Virus record (IMG/VR): IMGVR_UViG_2751185817_000001
Origin: a virus
Length of the DNA stretch: 46,767 nucleotides
Strand: one strand, 5' to 3'
Below, piece after piece: positions 17,005 to 26,020 of this stretch (within the stretch, counting starts at the first letter, position 1; each line of letters opens with the position of its first letter). Position numbers and translations under genes: made by a program. The notes below the pieces were generated by a model. It was not told the DNA's origin, did no database searches, and worked only from the letters and a program-made list of their open reading frames with translations.

Positions 17005-17042
17005 GGCCAAACTAAATCCTCTACGCAATGCTTCGTCGTTAG

Positions 17043-17108
17043 TCAATCATTATTGATTGACCGATGGTCGTTGCTGCCTGTATCATATGGTCAATCAATT
17101 TTGACTTA
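17043..17108 (+). promoter_or_regulatory. major tail promoter flanked by two operators
   Basis: TCAATCATTATTGATTGA at 17043-17060; TTGACC(17057)-18bp-TATCAT(17081); TCAATCAATTTTGACTTA at 17091-17108. Confidence 0.75.
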
Positions 17109-17140
17109 GTTCCGACGGCACCACGTAGAGGAGAAATCTC

Positions 17141-17974
17141 ATGCCTTCGAATACCGAAAACGTGAAGCTGGGCGTCTGCACCGCCCTGTTCGACTCTGCC
17201 GACCTTGGTTTCACCAAGGGTGGTGTTGAGGTTGAAGTTCAGACCAACACCCACGAAGTGACTGTCGACCAGATGGGCGAGACCCCGATCGACGAAATCA
17301 TCACCGGCCGCACGGTTCAGGTGACGATCCCGATGGCCGAAACCACGCTCGAGAACCTTGCGCGCGTTATGCCGGGCTCGACCCTCGTCACCGACGGCGC
17401 CAAGGCGACGGGCACGGTTGTCTTCTCGACTGCGGCTCCGGTCAACGGCGACAAGATCACCATCGACGGCCTCGACTTTACCTTCAAGACCGCACCGAGC
17501 GGTTCGCGTGACATGGCTATTCCGGCAACGATCGGTGCTGCCGCTATCGCGCTTGCCGCTGCTATCAACAACGCCAGCCTTGGCATCCTCGCGACGCCGA
17601 ACGCTGCGACCGTCAACCTGGAAGCCTCCAACCGCGGTGTCTCCGGCAACGTCGCGATTACCAAGACCGTCGTCACCGCGGCGAACGTCACCGTCACCGG
17701 TATGGCCGGTGGTGTCGATGCTACGAAGGCGAAGGTCGTTGTCGAAACTGGCACCAACATCTCGCTCCTGAAGCTCGCCAAGAAGCTCGTTCTGCGCCCG
17801 AAGGGTGCTGTCGACGCCCGCGACGACTTCACGATCTTCAAGGCGATGACCTCCGGCGCTATCCAGTTCGCCTACCAGACGGACCAGGAGCGCATCTTTA
17901 ACGTGGTCTTCAAGGGCTACGCTGACGCCTCGGGTCGTCTTTTTGCAGTCGGTGACGAGACCGCTGCCGCTTAA
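17141..17974 (+). CDS. major tail (tube) protein with inserted accessory domain
   Basis: LG.T.GGV.V...TVDQ.G...I.GR tube motif; strong RBS; precedes chaperones and tape measure. Confidence 0.85.
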   Translation: MPSNTENVKLGVCTALFDSADLGFTKGGVEVEVQTNTHEVTVDQMGETPIDEIITGRTVQVTIPMAETTLENLARVMPGSTLVTDGAKATGTVVFSTAAPVNGDKITIDGLDFTFKTAPSGSRDMAIPATIGAAAIALAAAINNASLGILATPNAATVNLEASNRGVSGNVAITKTVVTAANVTVTGMAGGVDATKAKVVVETGTNISLLKLAKKLVLRPKGAVDARDDFTIFKAMTSGAIQFAYQTDQERIFNVVFKGYADASGRLFAVGDETAAA

Positions 17975-17996
17975 TCTCTTGCTTTGCCCCGCAAAG

Positions 17997-18014
17997 TAAA
18001 TCAAAATTGACTTA
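17997..18014. promoter_or_regulatory. operator copy
   Basis: TAAATCAAAATTGACTTA, overlapping the terminator stem. Confidence 0.7.
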
Positions 18015-18041
18015 CTGGATTTTCGTCCAGTAAGTCTTTTT
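18009..18041 (+). terminator. intrinsic terminator after tail tube gene
   Basis: GACTTACTGGA-TTTTCG-TCCAGTAAGTC-TTTTT. Confidence 0.85.
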
Positions 18042-18065
18042 CGTTTCAGAGGATCAACTCGCACC

Positions 18066-18434
18066 ATGGCAAATCAGTCCACCACTTATCTCGACCTGGA
18101 TTCCGTCGAGGCTGATATCGACTTCACCGTGAAGCTCAACGGCAAGGATCACAAGGTGAAGGAAAGCTCTGTGAGCGACTTCCTTGCCAACGTGCGCGCA
18201 ATCGAAAGCCTGGCCGTCGGCGCGTCCGTCGAAAAGGAATACGAAGTCATCATCGGCATCATCCAGCGCGCGCTTCCGACCGTATCGGCGCAGGAACTCC
18301 AGGGGCTTCGCCTGACGCAGCTCCACAAGATCCGCGATTACGTCATGACTGCGAACGGCGAGAAGGCTGAAGAAGCCGCTCCTGGTGAAGGAGCTGCCGA
18401 AGGCAAGCCGGGAAAGGCTCCGAAGGCGAGCTGA
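18066..18434 (+). CDS. tail assembly chaperone (gpG-like)
   Basis: Between tube and tape measure; carries the G GGA AAG slippery site. Confidence 0.85.
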   Translation: MANQSTTYLDLDSVEADIDFTVKLNGKDHKVKESSVSDFLANVRAIESLAVGASVEKEYEVIIGIIQRALPTVSAQELQGLRLTQLHKIRDYVMTANGEKAEEAAPGEGAAEGKPGKAPKAS

Positions 18435-18781
18435 AGTCTGTCGACTTCTTCCTCGTCTACGCGAGACTGATGAAGGTCTTTCGCTTTCGGGAGAAAGACC
18501 TTCTCAAAATGCCGATCAAGAAGTTCTGGGCCTTCAATTCGGTCTGCGAGCGTCTTCAGGCAGCCGACGACCGGCGAATGCTTCACCTGTTGGGCGCTGT
18601 GACCAATCAGGAGAGCTTCACCAAGCTTAACGAGCACCTCACCGAACGAGCCGGCGAGATCTACGTCTTCCAACCTGTCGCGCGGACCCTTGTGGTCGAC
18701 GACCCAGCCACACCAGATCCGGGGCTCGACCGGGAAGGTCTGGAGTCACTGAGAGCGCACATCATGCGCAACGGCAAGTAA
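18066..18781 (+). CDS. tail assembly chaperone GT fusion via -1 frameshift
   Basis: GGGAAAG at 18410-18416 is in the correct phase; the -1 frame is open and continuous with ORF 18470-18781. Confidence 0.85.
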
Positions 18782-18796
18782 ATCAATACTGATTTA
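18779..18796. promoter_or_regulatory. operator copy before tape measure gene
   Basis: TAAATCAATACTGATTTA, directly before the RBS. Confidence 0.7.
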
Positions 18797-18807
18797 GTGA
18801 GGAATGA

Positions 18808-21800
18808 ATGACGGCGATTAAGGTTGAACTGGAACTGGTGGATGGCTCGTTCACGACGCGCATGATGCACGCCGGCGAGACGCTGCAGCAGTTTAACCGC
18901 AACGTTGCTCGCTCCTCGCCCGCCCTGCGCAAGATGGCCGCTGATGGTCAGATGGTCGTCACGTCGATGTCGAAGGCGTCGGAAGCAAGCCAGGGCTTCC
19001 TCTCGACCCTTCGCGACGTCTCGATCGTCACCACGGCCGTCTCAATCGGCTTCAACAAGATCATCAATATTCAGGACACCTGGGTTGGCGCGGTTATTCG
19101 CACCAATGCCGAGTTCGAACGTCTGACGCACATGCTGCGCTCGATGTCCTCGGCAGCAGATCCCGTCACTGACGCGGCCGACCAGGTCAAGTATCTCGTC
19201 GACATGGCGCGCGAAGCGCCGTTTCAGCTCGACAACCTCACGGCATCTTTCACCAAGCTGAAAGCGACCGGCACTGACCCGATGAAGGGCTCGCTGCAGT
19301 CGCTCGTCGATGGCGTCTCGGCCTTCGGTGGTAACGGTGAGGCTCTGGAGCGCACCATTCTGGGTATCTCCCAGGCGTCCGGTAAGGGCGTCATCCAGAT
19401 GGAAGAGATGAGGCAGCAGATCTCCGAATCCATGCCGCAGGCAATGGGTCTGATGGCCGCATCGATGGGCGTGTCGATCGCAACCCTCGTCGATCATATC
19501 GCTACCGGTCGCATGGCAGCAAAGCCCTCGCTCGAAGCCTTCTACCAGGAGCTCGATCGCTCCTTCGGCGGTTCGGCTGTTCGCATGATGCAGACCTTCT
19601 CCGGTCAGCTCTCGCGCGCCAAGACGGAACTTCAGCAGTTCGCCCGCATCATCGGTGACGTCGATCTGAAGACCGGCGATGCTAATGAGGGTGGCTTCTT
19701 CCATACCGTCGCCGAACAGCTTCGCGACTTCAACGACCTGCTGGCGTCTTCGGGCGGTCAGGTTTTCGCCAAGGAAGTCGGTCAGACACTTTCCTCGATC
19801 GCTCGAGGTTTGCAGTGGGCTGTCGAAAAGGCAATCGAGTTCCGCGCTGCGATCGGCAATCTGGCTGAGTTTGCCGCCTTCGTTGCGATTGGCAAGGTCG
19901 GGATCTCGCTCCTCGGCTCGCTGAAGACCGGCTATGCCTCGCTCAGCATCGCCCTCAACATGCTCGGCATGAACTTTGCCAAGGCCAACGCCGCAGCTCT
20001 GCTTCACCAGCGCGCACTCCAGAATACCTCGACCTCTGTCGCCAGTCTCGATCGCTTGGCGCGAGTCCAGGCTACGCGCGCATTGCAGGGCATGGTTGGC
20101 GCCATGACGGCTGTTGCACCTGCTGCCGCTATCGTCGGCCTGGCCGTATATGAGATTGCCGATGCCTTCGATATCTTCGGCAGCCGCGGTAAGGAAGCGA
20201 TCGCGACCCTGCGCGAGTTCGGTGACGTTGCGCGTGACCAGCTCGGCAACGCTCAGAAGGACGTTGCGCGCCGGAAGGCCGATCTCACCAAGGATCTACA
20301 GACGATCAATCGTGCCGTGAAGAACAGCCTGTTCCTCGGTAGCGACGAGAGCAAGGCTAACCAGCGCTCGGCTCTGCGCAGCCAGCTCGAGGAAGAATAC
20401 GACGTAGCCCAGCGCCAGGCGCAGATCCGCAAGGACGAGGAGCTCCTCAAGCAGGCCGAGATTAAAGCGATCGAAGACGACGCCAAGAAGGCGACGGATT
20501 TCGCCCTGCGCGAGCTTGACCGGCGTGAAGCGGCCGAGCAGCGCGCTTACCGCGATCGCCAGGCTGCCATTCAGAAGGAAATGGATGAGCGCATCGCTGC
20601 TGAATCCAAGGCCGGCCGCAGCATTGATCAGCTCGAAAAGGAGCGCACAGAGCGTCTCGCTGAGAACGCCCGCAATCTCTACGAGACGCAGCGCAAGCTC
20701 ATCCAGGGTGCGCTCGATGACGTCTGGGCGAAGAACAAGAGCGATGGCCCGATGCAGCTTGCTGACCAGCTCAAGATCGACGAGCTGACGAAGAAGCTGG
20801 ATGAGCTGCGCCAGAAACGCGAGGCGCTCAATATCACCGGCGAGCTTCCCTCGATCGGCGCATCCTCGACCACGGAGAGAGATCTCGAGAAGCTGGAGAA
20901 GCTCTTCGGCAAGACGCAGGACGAGGTTCACGGCCTGGAAGACAAGCTGGGTGGCGCCAATGACGAGCTGGGTGAGTTTCTCGCCAAGTTCGCGCGTGGT
21001 GCCTATGGCGACACGTCTGTCACCCAGGTGCGCGAACTCGGCGAAGAAATCGCCAATCTGATCCTGAAGAAGGCTGCCCTCGAGGAGATGAACGAGGGCG
21101 CCGAGGATCTCCAAAGCGATATCGAAAACGCGCGGATCAAGCTCATCGAAAAGCGCATGGAGCTCGAGCAGAAGGCGCTCGGTCGCGAGCTGACCGAGGG
21201 CGAAAAGATCCGCATGAAGATTGAGCAGGGCGGCTACAAGGGTCTGGGTCCAAACTCGCCCGCACTCGCAGCTCTCCAGGAGTCTGTTCGCGGTATGACC
21301 ATGCAGGGCCGCGTCACGGATGCCGTCGGCGTGTCGATGGACAAGGCCTTTGGTCAGCAGACGATCGGCAAGATCACCACGATGAATGACGTGCTGCGCG
21401 AGACGATGGGTATCGTCTCTGGCATCGGCACCTCGCTCAACGGTCTTTCGTTCGATAGCCTGAGCATGATGAACAGCCCGTTCGGTGGAGGAGCTCCGCG
21501 GATCACTGCGTTCTCCGGCTCGATGCTTGATTTGATCGCCAAGGGGGAGTCGGGCGGCAACTACAATGCCACGCTTGATAACGGCGCATGGACGGGTGGC
21601 TCGCAGAACCTCGTCGGCATGTCGCTAAAGCAGGTCCGCGACCTTCAGCGCATGATGCTCGCAAACCCGGCAAACCGCGCCAAGTATGGTGACGGCAAGG
21701 GCTCGTCTGCGCTCGGCAAGTATCAGATCGTCGGTCAGACGCTCGAGGGTCTCATTCGTGAAATGGGTCTGTCGGGCGATGAGCTGTTCGACGAGAAGAT

Positions 21801-23553
21801 GCAGGACGCCATGGCCTCGCATCTGCTTAACCGTCGTCTGACGTCGGGCGAGGGACTGGCCGGTCTGCGCAAGGAGTGGACATCGCTTGCGAACGTATCT
21901 GACGGCGCGATCAACCAGGCGCTTTCCAACGCAAGCCGCGGCCCGACGGTCGAGAAGGCTGCTGGCTTCGAGATGCCGCGCGTCAACCTCAAGCAGCCTT
22001 TCGACATCAACAATCCATTTGCCGGCCCGTCCGTCGTCGATACCAATCAGGTCTACGGCGAGGCGAATGCTTTCCTTGAGAAGCGCAACCAGCTCATCGA
22101 AGCCGGCGTTGCCGCGACGACAGAGCTGACCGACGAGGAAAATCGGCTTACCGCGGCGCAGAAGGCTCAGGCTGCCGACGACCAGAAGACCGAGATGGTT
22201 CGCAAGATCGAAGAGGCAAAGGAGAGTCTCGACGGTCTCGATAAGAACTACCGCGCCGTTTCCAAGCTGATCGCCAAGGGTGATTTCGGCGACAAGAACA
22301 TGAATAGCGAGAAGAACAAGGAGCTTCTCCGGATCGCCCGCGAGCTCGACGAGGCTGAGAACAAGCGTGCCGATCGCAAGGAAGCCGCTGGCAACGTCGA
22401 AGGCGCCGAAGTTCGCATCAAGGAGCAGGAGCTTCAGCTTCAGCGCCAGATCAACGAGTTGAAGGCGAAGGCGAAAGATCCAAATGTCCGGCTTGAAAGC
22501 TCCGGCCTGGTGCAGATGCGCGAGGACATGGACAAATACGTCCGCGACCTCGAGACCGTCTATGGCAAGGACTCCGAGCAGTATCGCGCCGGCATTGAGA
22601 AGAAGCGCCAGGCGCTTGCCATGTTCGGTCAGACCGAGCTTCTGCAGGACGTCGCTAACTCCAACAGCCGGACCCGCGAGCTTCAGCGCGGGCTGATGAG
22701 CGAGAGCGCGGCTCGCCAGGCTGCGATGAACCAGGAGCTCGCCGAAGTCGACGCCAAGATGGCCTACTACAAGCAGGCCGGTCTGCTGGACGTCGAGGCG
22801 ACGCGCCAGTTCGAGGCTGAAAAGGCACAGATCCGCAAGCAGTATGCCGCGCAGGATCCAATGTCGAAGCAGATGCGAGAATGGTCTGATCTCCAGGGCA
22901 ATCTGCAGAAGCAGTCTACGCAGTGGATGGACACGCTCGCAGGCGGCATCACGGATCTCATCATGGGGACGGGCGACTGGAAGCAGGCGCTTCAGTCGAT
23001 CGCGCGTGACATCATCAATACGTGGGTCAAGAAGATCATGAGCGGCTTCATGGGGCCGAAGCAGACCGTAGGGGCTGCCCCCGCCGCAAAGCAGGGTAAG
23101 GGCGCCAGCAGTCTGTTGACGAAGGGCAAGGGTGTTGCCGTGGGTTCGGCACACACCGGCGCCATTCTCGGCCGCGGCGTCCACCAGACCCGCATGGTCA
23201 ATCCGTCGGTCTTCAAGAATGCCAAGAAGTATCACTCTGGTGCAAATCAGATCGGTGGTCAGCGCCTTCTGCCGGGTGAAATCCCGATCATCGCCAAAAA
23301 GGACGAAGGTATCTTCACCAAGGAGCAAATGGGCGCAATTGGCGCGCAGATGAACAGCGGAGGTCAGGTGAACCAAGTCTCGATCAACGCTCCGGTTACG
23401 GTCAATGCAAGCGGTGGCACGCCCGAGCAGAACACGGATCTCGCAAAGCAGATCAGCTCGCAGATCGAGGGCACGATGCGTGGCGTAGTGGTCGATGAGC
23501 TTTCCAGGCAGATGCGTCCTGGAAATCTCCTCAGTGCAGGAAAGGGTAGGTAA
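18808..23553 (+). CDS. tape measure protein with embedded lysozyme-like domain
   Basis: 1581 aa, helical; tape-measure motif SQASGKGVIQMEEMRQQISE; GESGGNYNA...ALGKYQIV...EWTSL muramidase-like segment. Confidence 0.92.
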   Translation: MTAIKVELELVDGSFTTRMMHAGETLQQFNRNVARSSPALRKMAADGQMVVTSMSKASEASQGFLSTLRDVSIVTTAVSIGFNKIINIQDTWVGAVIRTNAEFERLTHMLRSMSSAADPVTDAADQVKYLVDMAREAPFQLDNLTASFTKLKATGTDPMKGSLQSLVDGVSAFGGNGEALERTILGISQASGKGVIQMEEMRQQISESMPQAMGLMAASMGVSIATLVDHIATGRMAAKPSLEAFYQELDRSFGGSAVRMMQTFSGQLSRAKTELQQFARIIGDVDLKTGDANEGGFFHTVAEQLRDFNDLLASSGGQVFAKEVGQTLSSIARGLQWAVEKAIEFRAAIGNLAEFAAFVAIGKVGISLLGSLKTGYASLSIALNMLGMNFAKANAAALLHQRALQNTSTSVASLDRLARVQATRALQGMVGAMTAVAPAAAIVGLAVYEIADAFDIFGSRGKEAIATLREFGDVARDQLGNAQKDVARRKADLTKDLQTINRAVKNSLFLGSDESKANQRSALRSQLEEEYDVAQRQAQIRKDEELLKQAEIKAIEDDAKKATDFALRELDRREAAEQRAYRDRQAAIQKEMDERIAAESKAGRSIDQLEKERTERLAENARNLYETQRKLIQGALDDVWAKNKSDGPMQLADQLKIDELTKKLDELRQKREALNITGELPSIGASSTTERDLEKLEKLFGKTQDEVHGLEDKLGGANDELGEFLAKFARGAYGDTSVTQVRELGEEIANLILKKAALEEMNEGAEDLQSDIENARIKLIEKRMELEQKALGRELTEGEKIRMKIEQGGYKGLGPNSPALAALQESVRGMTMQGRVTDAVGVSMDKAFGQQTIGKITTMNDVLRETMGIVSGIGTSLNGLSFDSLSMMNSPFGGGAPRITAFSGSMLDLIAKGESGGNYNATLDNGAWTGGSQNLVGMSLKQVRDLQRMMLANPANRAKYGDGKGSSALGKYQIVGQTLEGLIREMGLSGDELFDEKMQDAMASHLLNRRLTSGEGLAGLRKEWTSLANVSDGAINQALSNASRGPTVEKAAGFEMPRVNLKQPFDINNPFAGPSVVDTNQVYGEANAFLEKRNQLIEAGVAATTELTDEENRLTAAQKAQAADDQKTEMVRKIEEAKESLDGLDKNYRAVSKLIAKGDFGDKNMNSEKNKELLRIARELDEAENKRADRKEAAGNVEGAEVRIKEQELQLQRQINELKAKAKDPNVRLESSGLVQMREDMDKYVRDLETVYGKDSEQYRAGIEKKRQALAMFGQTELLQDVANSNSRTRELQRGLMSESAARQAAMNQELAEVDAKMAYYKQAGLLDVEATRQFEAEKAQIRKQYAAQDPMSKQMREWSDLQGNLQKQSTQWMDTLAGGITDLIMGTGDWKQALQSIARDIINTWVKKIMSGFMGPKQTVGAAPAAKQGKGASSLLTKGKGVAVGSAHTGAILGRGVHQTRMVNPSVFKNAKKYHSGANQIGGQRLLPGEIPIIAKKDEGIFTKEQMGAIGAQMNSGGQVNQVSINAPVTVNASGGTPEQNTDLAKQISSQIEGTMRGVVVDELSRQMRPGNLLSAGKGR

Positions 23554-23909
23554 TGGCACTTCCGACGTTCGAGCCTCCGGTCCAGCCGTCGCCTGGCACC
23601 GGTCGCAAGACCAAATTCAACCTTCTGAAGGCCGAGTTCGGCGAGGGATACACTCAGGTCACACGCGCCGGCATCAACCATCGCCGGCGCGAGTTGACGC
23701 TCGTCTGGGAGGTTCTGATCGATGATCAGGCCTGGGCTATCTCCGACTTCCTCGAGCAGAGAGGAGGCGACCGCGCCTTCTACTACACCCCGCCGCGCGA
23801 GAGCGTGCCCGTCAAGTGGACTTGCGAGGAGTTCGACGACACCGTGAACAACGATGGCACGCGAAAGATCGCAGCGACCTTTGTGCAGTCGTGGACGCAC
23901 GAGGTATAA
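23553..23909 (+). CDS. distal tail protein (lambda gpM-like)
   Basis: FGEGYTQ...GIN, FL..RGG..AF.YTPP and ATFVQ motifs. Confidence 0.85.
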   Translation: MALPTFEPPVQPSPGTGRKTKFNLLKAEFGEGYTQVTRAGINHRRRELTLVWEVLIDDQAWAISDFLEQRGGDRAFYYTPPRESVPVKWTCEEFDDTVNNDGTRKIAATFVQSWTHEV

Positions 23910-23917
23910 TTCAAACG

Positions 23918-23946
23918 TTGTCAGTCAATCAATATTGATTTACCAT
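23918..23946 (+). promoter_or_regulatory. promoter with operator in spacer
   Basis: TTGTCA-17bp-TACCAT; TCAATCAATATTGATTTA at 23925-23942. Confidence 0.75.
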
Positions 23947-23968
23947 ATGGCTTCATTTCAGGAGCATT

Positions 23969-24679
23969 ATGGTTACGATCTACCAGACGGCGCAGAGCCT
24001 CACCCCAGGTGAATACGTCTCGCTCTTTCGACTCGACGCAACGTCGGTCGGGGGCGGGATTTTTTACTTTGTGCAGGGTCGCGTCGAAGGTGGTGCCGTC
24101 GTCCATGATGGTATCGAGTATCAGCCGTGCGACGTTGAGTTCGAGGGCTTCGAGGTCTCCGGTCAGGGCGCTCTACCGACGCCGGTCATTCGTATTGCCA
24201 ATTCCGACGGTCTGATCCAGTCCGCGCTCAATACCTATGGAGATCTTCTGGGTTGCGAGCTTCGGCGCGTTCGCACCTTCCGGCAGCATCTCGACGACGG
24301 CGATGATCCCGATCCGAGCGCCATCTTCGGACCTGACGTCTTCAAGATTGACCGCAAGACCTCGGAGAACTCCGTCTTCGTCGAGTGGGAGCTTTCGGCT
24401 GCCATCGATCAGGAAGGCAAGAAGCTGCCGGGTCGCCAGGTGATCCGCGACACCTGCCTGTTCCGCTACCGGGCATTCAACCGCAACTCGGGCACCTTCG
24501 ATTATTCCAAGGCGCTCTGCCCGTATGGCGGCAGTCAGTATTTCGACAAGCAGGATCGCCCGACCACGATCGACAAGGATCAGCCGTCGCGCTCGGTCAA
24601 CTGCTGCAAGGTTCGCTTCGGCGAGGCCAATCCGCTGCCGTTTGGCGGCTTCCCAGGTGTTGGAAGGGTTCGAGGATGA
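23969..24679 (+). CDS. minor tail protein L-like
   Basis: GFE..GQG.LP.P, DLLG...R.RT, C-terminal Cys cluster and LPFGGFPG. Confidence 0.9.
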   Translation: MVTIYQTAQSLTPGEYVSLFRLDATSVGGGIFYFVQGRVEGGAVVHDGIEYQPCDVEFEGFEVSGQGALPTPVIRIANSDGLIQSALNTYGDLLGCELRRVRTFRQHLDDGDDPDPSAIFGPDVFKIDRKTSENSVFVEWELSAAIDQEGKKLPGRQVIRDTCLFRYRAFNRNSGTFDYSKALCPYGGSQYFDKQDRPTTIDKDQPSRSVNCCKVRFGEANPLPFGGFPGVGRVRG

Positions 24680-25428
24680 TTTTCACCGACGCTGTTGTCA
24701 GCGCCGCGCAGGCGCACGCGCGTGAAGCTTACCCGCAGGAGAGCTGCGGCATTGTCGTGGGCGGGCAATACATGCGCTGCCGCAACATCGCCGAAGATCC
24801 GACGCAGGACTTCGCGATTCATCCGGCTGACTACAAGAACGCGATCCGCACCGGCAAGATGCAGGCGATCGTGCACTCGCACCCGAATGGTCCGCTCTAT
24901 CCGTCCAAGATGGACATGATCGGCCAGATGAAATCGGACCTGCCCTGGGCGATCATTCCGGTCGACGAGGACCGCCTTGGTAAGCCGATCATCTGGGGTG
25001 ACGACAATATTCCGCCGTTGCTTGGTCGTGAGTTCGTTTCAGGAGTGACCGATTGTTTCGCGCTCATCCGCGATGTCTTTCGGTTGGGGCGGGAAGGGTG
25101 TGCGCTTCAGGGCGTCGAGTGGCCGCACGCGCCGCACCTGATCTCCGAACAGCCGCGCGATCCCGAGTGGTTCAAGCAGGGTGAAGATCTCTACATCGAC
25201 GGCATGGCCGGCGAAGGTTTCACCGAGGTTGCGACGTCCGACGTCCGACCGGGCGACGTGTTCCTTCTCAAGTGGCACTCCGACAAGTTCAATCACGGTG
25301 GCGTGCTGCTGACGCAGGACACGATCGCTCAGCATTTCCCTGGACGTCTGTCTCGGCGCGAACCTGCGGGTCTGTGGGCTCGCCAGGCCGAAATGTGGAT
25401 CCGCTATACGGGAAAAGCCGATGCGTAA
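24676..25428 (+). CDS. tail assembly protein K-like (JAB + NlpC/P60)
   Basis: HSHP...PS..D JAB motif; DCFALIRD and HGGV; ATGA overlap at 24676. Confidence 0.9.
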   Translation: MIFTDAVVSAAQAHAREAYPQESCGIVVGGQYMRCRNIAEDPTQDFAIHPADYKNAIRTGKMQAIVHSHPNGPLYPSKMDMIGQMKSDLPWAIIPVDEDRLGKPIIWGDDNIPPLLGREFVSGVTDCFALIRDVFRLGREGCALQGVEWPHAPHLISEQPRDPEWFKQGEDLYIDGMAGEGFTEVATSDVRPGDVFLLKWHSDKFNHGGVLLTQDTIAQHFPGRLSRREPAGLWARQAEMWIRYTGKADA

Positions 25429-26017
25429 GATCTACCTGCACGGCGAACTGGGTAAGCGCTTCGGATACGAGATCGAGCTGGAAGTTGAGACGGCTGCCGA
25501 AGCTGTTCGCGCGCTCTGCGTCAACTTCAAGGGCTTCGAGCAGGTTATGCGCACCGGCGAATTTCACGTCGTGCGTGGCGATGACATCGACAAGGGGCGC
25601 GATCTCGACCTTGAGCTCTGCACTACCTACCGGCTCGGCCGCGCGCCGCTGCACATCGCTCCGCATGTCGCCGGTTCCAAGCGCGGTGGCCTGCTCAAGA
25701 TCGTTCTTGGCGTGGCGCTCGTTGGCGCTGCCTTCCTGTTCTCGGGTGGTGCGCTCGCAACCCCGATCATGAGTGGCGCCCTGGGCGGCGCGACCTACGG
25801 CAACATGGCGATGCTCGGTGTAGCCCTCGCGGTCGCCGGCGTCAGCCAGATGCTCTCACCCGAAGAGAAGAAGGAGGAGAAGGAGGACAGCTTCCTGCTC
25901 TCCGGTCCTGGCAGCACCTACGAGCAGGGCGGGGCTCTGCCGCTTGTCTACGGCGAAGTGATTACGGGCGGCGTCGTCGCCTCGATCGGCATCGATATCG
26001 AACAGCTTGGGAACTAA
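25421..26017 (+). CDS. tail assembly protein I-like
   Basis: L.G.LG.RFG, AEAVRAL, hydrophobic Gly-rich segment, PLVYGE. Confidence 0.9.
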   Translation: MRKIYLHGELGKRFGYEIELEVETAAEAVRALCVNFKGFEQVMRTGEFHVVRGDDIDKGRDLDLELCTTYRLGRAPLHIAPHVAGSKRGGLLKIVLGVALVGAAFLFSGGALATPIMSGALGGATYGNMAMLGVALAVAGVSQMLSPEEKKEEKEDSFLLSGPGSTYEQGGALPLVYGEVITGGVVASIGIDIEQLGN

Positions 26018-26020
26018 GGC

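Noticed and set aside
21625-23559. 644-aa and other long minus-strand ORFs (e.g. 6357-7637, 7655-8833, 28238-29437)
   Set aside because: Antisense frames stay open because of high GC3 in the plus-strand genes; they lack motifs and RBS support.
24385-24675. Long N-terminal extensions in ORF track (24385, 1904, 15672, 33149, 44781)
   Set aside because: They overlap upstream genes; downstream starts with an RBS or stop/start coupling are better supported.
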